Virus record (IMG/VR): IMGVR_UViG_3300020045_005093
Coordinates: 1 to 36,394 of that record
Source: a virus
Taxonomy: Duplodnaviria; Caudoviricetes
Direction: 5' to 3' (one strand)
DNA: 36,394 nucleotides
Under the pieces are notes generated by a model. That model did not search any database, had not been told where the DNA came from, and saw only the letters and a program-made list of their open reading frames with translations. Below, piece after piece: positions 34,116 to 36,394 of this stretch (position 1 is its first letter; each line of letters opens with the position of its first letter). The translations under genes and the position numbers were made by a program.

Positions 34116-34933
34116 GATAAGTTAAGTGAATAAGCATGAATTGTCCCTGTTACTACTGAACTGTAAACATTAAAAGTAACAGTTGCTAGATTATTAGAAT
34201 CTCCCGTAAGTGCGCCATAGATTATTTTTTCACCATTTCCGTCTGTAGCTATATCGGCTTGCACCATTTTTACTCCTGCATTATGTTTTCCTGTAAGTAA
34301 CATTTGCCCGACAATTATTGTATTTGGTATAGAAACAACAAAAGCTGCCTGCCCTGACGATTGCGCAATTGCAGTAGACCCTAAGCTGGTATAAGAATAC
34401 CCCGTTCCGGCTACACTGTTCATTTGCATATCTAAACGGGTGGTTTGGTTTAGTTTTAAAATAAGATTGTACAAATCTTTTCCTGCATTTGTAAAAGTTA
34501 AAGTTTTATTAGTGCTTTCTGCTGTCCAACTTACGCTTCCTTCATCTACCCAGGCTGGAACAGCATTGCTCCCTGAAGCCCACTTTACTCCGGTAGATTC
34601 GTTGCTATCAGCGGTTAAAACATAAGCATTAGTACCAACGGTTAATTTGCTTAAAACCGAAGCTGAAGAAGCGACTAATAAGTCCCCTTTAGCAAAAGAA
34701 GTCTGCCCAGTCCCACCCTTATTTGCAGTCTGAACGTGCCCGCCGCCATTTGAAGCCGTAGCTCGTACGTCATACATTAAAGTCCCTACTGCTGAAGAAG
34801 TAGTCCCTACAAAAGTCTCCAAAGCGGTAATCTCTGTATTTTGGTTGGTTTCTATCGTGGAGTGAGAAGGCGAATTTAATTTATCCGAAGCTGCCGGATT
34901 AGTTAAAGATGCAATTGTTGAGGGGTATGCCAT
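34112..34933 (-). CDS. tail fibre/spike-like structural protein
   Basis: GGTGQTSFAKGDLLVAS...LTVGTNAYVLTADS...GVKW fibre motif. Confidence 0.65.
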   Translation of the reverse strand: MAYPSTIASLTNPAASDKLNSPSHSTIETNQNTEITALETFVGTTSSAVGTLMYDVRATASNGGGHVQTANKGGTGQTSFAKGDLLVASSASVLSKLTVGTNAYVLTADSNESTGVKWASGSNAVPAWVDEGSVSWTAESTNKTLTFTNAGKDLYNLILKLNQTTRLDMQMNSVAGTGYSYTSLGSTAIAQSSGQAAFVVSIPNTIIVGQMLLTGKHNAGVKMVQADIATDGNGEKIIYGALTGDSNNLATVTFNVYSSVVTGTIHAYSLNLS

Positions 34934-35131
34934 TTAAGGTTTTGCTATATTAGTCCAACTTGTTGAGGGTTTAGTTATGTCAGTCCATTGGTTTGAATTT
35001 CCGCCGTCATAATAAACACCTGAATCATCAAAACTTATAGAAGTCTCATCATAACTAGGTTTAGCTGCATTAAGATTGGTATAAGTCTGCGCTCCTGGTT
35101 TTGCTACGTTTGTATAGCTCAAAATTGCCAC
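34934..35131 (-). CDS. small structural protein
   Basis: Repeated (Y/W)TN(V/I)AKP and YD/FD motifs. Confidence 0.65.
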   Translation of the reverse strand: MAILSYTNVAKPGAQTYTNLNAAKPSYDETSISFDDSGVYYDGGNSNQWTDITKPSTSWTNIAKP

Positions 35132-35805
35132 CCGGTAATTTGGACAGGGGTCGCCTGCAGAGGTTGCTGGACTCCTTTTGCCAAAGTATTAATGTATTGT
35201 TGAACCCTCTCCTCGTATTTAGCGTTAAACTTATCACCCTCGTTAATCTTATTAAGTGCGTAGTAGTACATCGCTGCTATTCTCCAACCTAATAAAGTGG
35301 TGTCTAGGTTTTCAGGGTAAGCTACTGTGTCAGAAACTGAAGTGTATTCGGTAGGTTTAAGGTAATAAAAAATCCTAATAAGCTGGGACACATTGTCAGC
35401 ACTAGTAGGTGTCGGGAATATTTCAAACCAATCGCCTCTGTCGTCAAACTGAGGTGAGTTTCGGTCTGCATTTCCCCGAAGCCAGCTAAAACTAGAATTT
35501 CCAGCTAAATTAGCTACATCTACTTGGTGAGCAACTTGATAGTTATTCGCTTGTGTGTCGGTATAGTTAAGTTCAATTGCTTTAAGAAACATCATATCTG
35601 TAGGGTACAAATAAGTTCCTGTATTAGCCGTCCCGTTAGTATACGATTCCTGAAGCTGGGAAGCGTCCACTCCTTTAGCAACCAATCGGCGGTGAAAATC
35701 CTGTAAAGCTTCATTGGCAAAAATAATACCATTGGCATTAGTAAGACCATTGGAATCTGTTTGTGCTTGTGCTCTGGCAAAAGCGAGTATTGTAGATAGT
35801 ATCAT
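35119..35805 (-). CDS. probable head-tail adaptor protein
   Basis: Follows capsid; ANEAL, YLYPTD, IFPTP, IFYY pattern. Confidence 0.6.
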   Translation of the reverse strand: MILSTILAFARAQAQTDSNGLTNANGIIFANEALQDFHRRLVAKGVDASQLQESYTNGTANTGTYLYPTDMMFLKAIELNYTDTQANNYQVAHQVDVANLAGNSSFSWLRGNADRNSPQFDDRGDWFEIFPTPTSADNVSQLIRIFYYLKPTEYTSVSDTVAYPENLDTTLLGWRIAAMYYYALNKINEGDKFNAKYEERVQQYINTLAKGVQQPLQATPVQITGWQF

Positions 35806-35821
35806 TGCTGTTGGTTAATTT

Positions 35822-35879
35822 CCTTATCCCAAGGCTGGATAAACCAGCCGCAGGGAAGAAAACTAGTCGGGAGAACTAG
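35822..35879 (-). terminator. two hairpins after the capsid gene (possible terminator or processing site)
   Basis: CTAGT/ACTAG stem followed by TTTTCTT, then a TCCC..GGCTGG/CCAGCC..GGGA stem. Confidence 0.4.
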
Positions 35880-35882
35880 GGG

Positions 35883-36394
35883 CTAATTAGAAATAGCCGA
35901 TTCTATACGTTGAATTCTTTGTGTGGTTACAGTGTCTTCAAACCTGGTTACACCCAAAGTAACCTTGCCACCAATAGAGGTGTACAAGTTAAGCGGGTTG
36001 TAAGCATCCGGTGTTGACACAATAATCGGAGTAGGTTGCTGGAAGAAGCCCCAACCGAACGAATCTTGTCCAACAAGAGTTGTCGGGAAGACCGCTACGG
36101 TAGAGTTAAAGTAATTAACCCAAGAGCTTTCCAAATAGCGAACACCTCTAAAGGAAGACATTGTGCCTTTTAGAATGTCATCTACTGACGTGTAACGTCC
36201 AGCGTCAATCCATCCGCCGGAAGCTGTGGTTGACATTAAGTCAGCCATAACTTGAGGGTGGATGACGGCAGCGAAGTAATCACCACTAAACGGCTGAACA
36301 CCAGCAGCGTTCGCAGAGCGAAGCATCTTAACTGCACGGGTCATATCGTTTTGAGTAATTAAATCTCCAGCACCCAAACCTGAACGGGAAGTTT
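35883..36394 (-). CDS. major capsid protein, C-terminal part (N4-gp56-like), partial
   Basis: AVIHPQVMADL, G...FRGVRYLES, NPLNLYTSIGGK, RIESA; frame open to the window end. Confidence 0.8.
   Translation of the reverse strand, partial: TSRSGLGAGDLITQNDMTRAVKMLRSANAAGVQPFSGDYFAAVIHPQVMADLMSTTASGGWIDAGRYTSVDDILKGTMSSFRGVRYLESSWVNYFNSTVAVFPTTLVGQDSFGWGFFQQPTPIIVSTPDAYNPLNLYTSIGGKVTLGVTRFEDTVTTQRIQRIESAISN

Noticed and set aside
690-35706. The many 60-110 aa + strand ORFs and nested minus-strand ORFs in the track
   Set aside because: They overlap well-supported minus-strand genes or structured regions and show no motifs, so they are treated as shadow ORFs
1-36394. Stop-codon reassignment (code 15 or 25)
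   Set aside because: The standard code gives dense intact genes, and TAA, TAG and TGA all end genes at tight overlaps

Overview
The window is part of a tailed dsDNA phage (or prophage) genome, with nearly all genes on the minus strand and the standard genetic code. Reading from the right end: C-terminus of the major capsid protein, adaptor and tail proteins, two probable ejection proteins and several Ser/Thr/Val-rich fibre or decoration proteins (podovirus-like, no tape measure seen). Next comes a lysis module (holin-like proteins, papain-like peptidase, CHAP hydrolase). An early/regulatory region follows, with two clear sigma70 promoters, DnaA-like boxes, RHH and HTH regulators, a Mom-family DNA-modification enzyme, an SSB-like protein, an SPFH protein, a miniature type IV pilin and NinG. 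The left 13 kb is a tightly coupled glycan-biosynthesis cluster: transaldolase, nucleotidyltransferase, HddA, GmhA, GT6, two GT2, two GT11, GT17, aminotransferase, RmlD-like, GalE, methyltransferase, SDR and a dehydrogenase-like protein, interrupted by an HNH-AP2 endonuclease. The pilin signature hints at a Patescibacteria (CPR) host (inference). Best candidate for a novel system: phage-encoded virion glycosylation, pairing a heptose and blood-group-like enzyme set with a recurring x-S-[V/I] motif in outer virion proteins. Other highlights are an antisense leaderless membrane peptide, a possible -1 frameshift at the endolysin start, repeat-flanked gene cassettes and several structured intergenic RNAs. 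All family calls come from motif recognition by eye, with no database searches.
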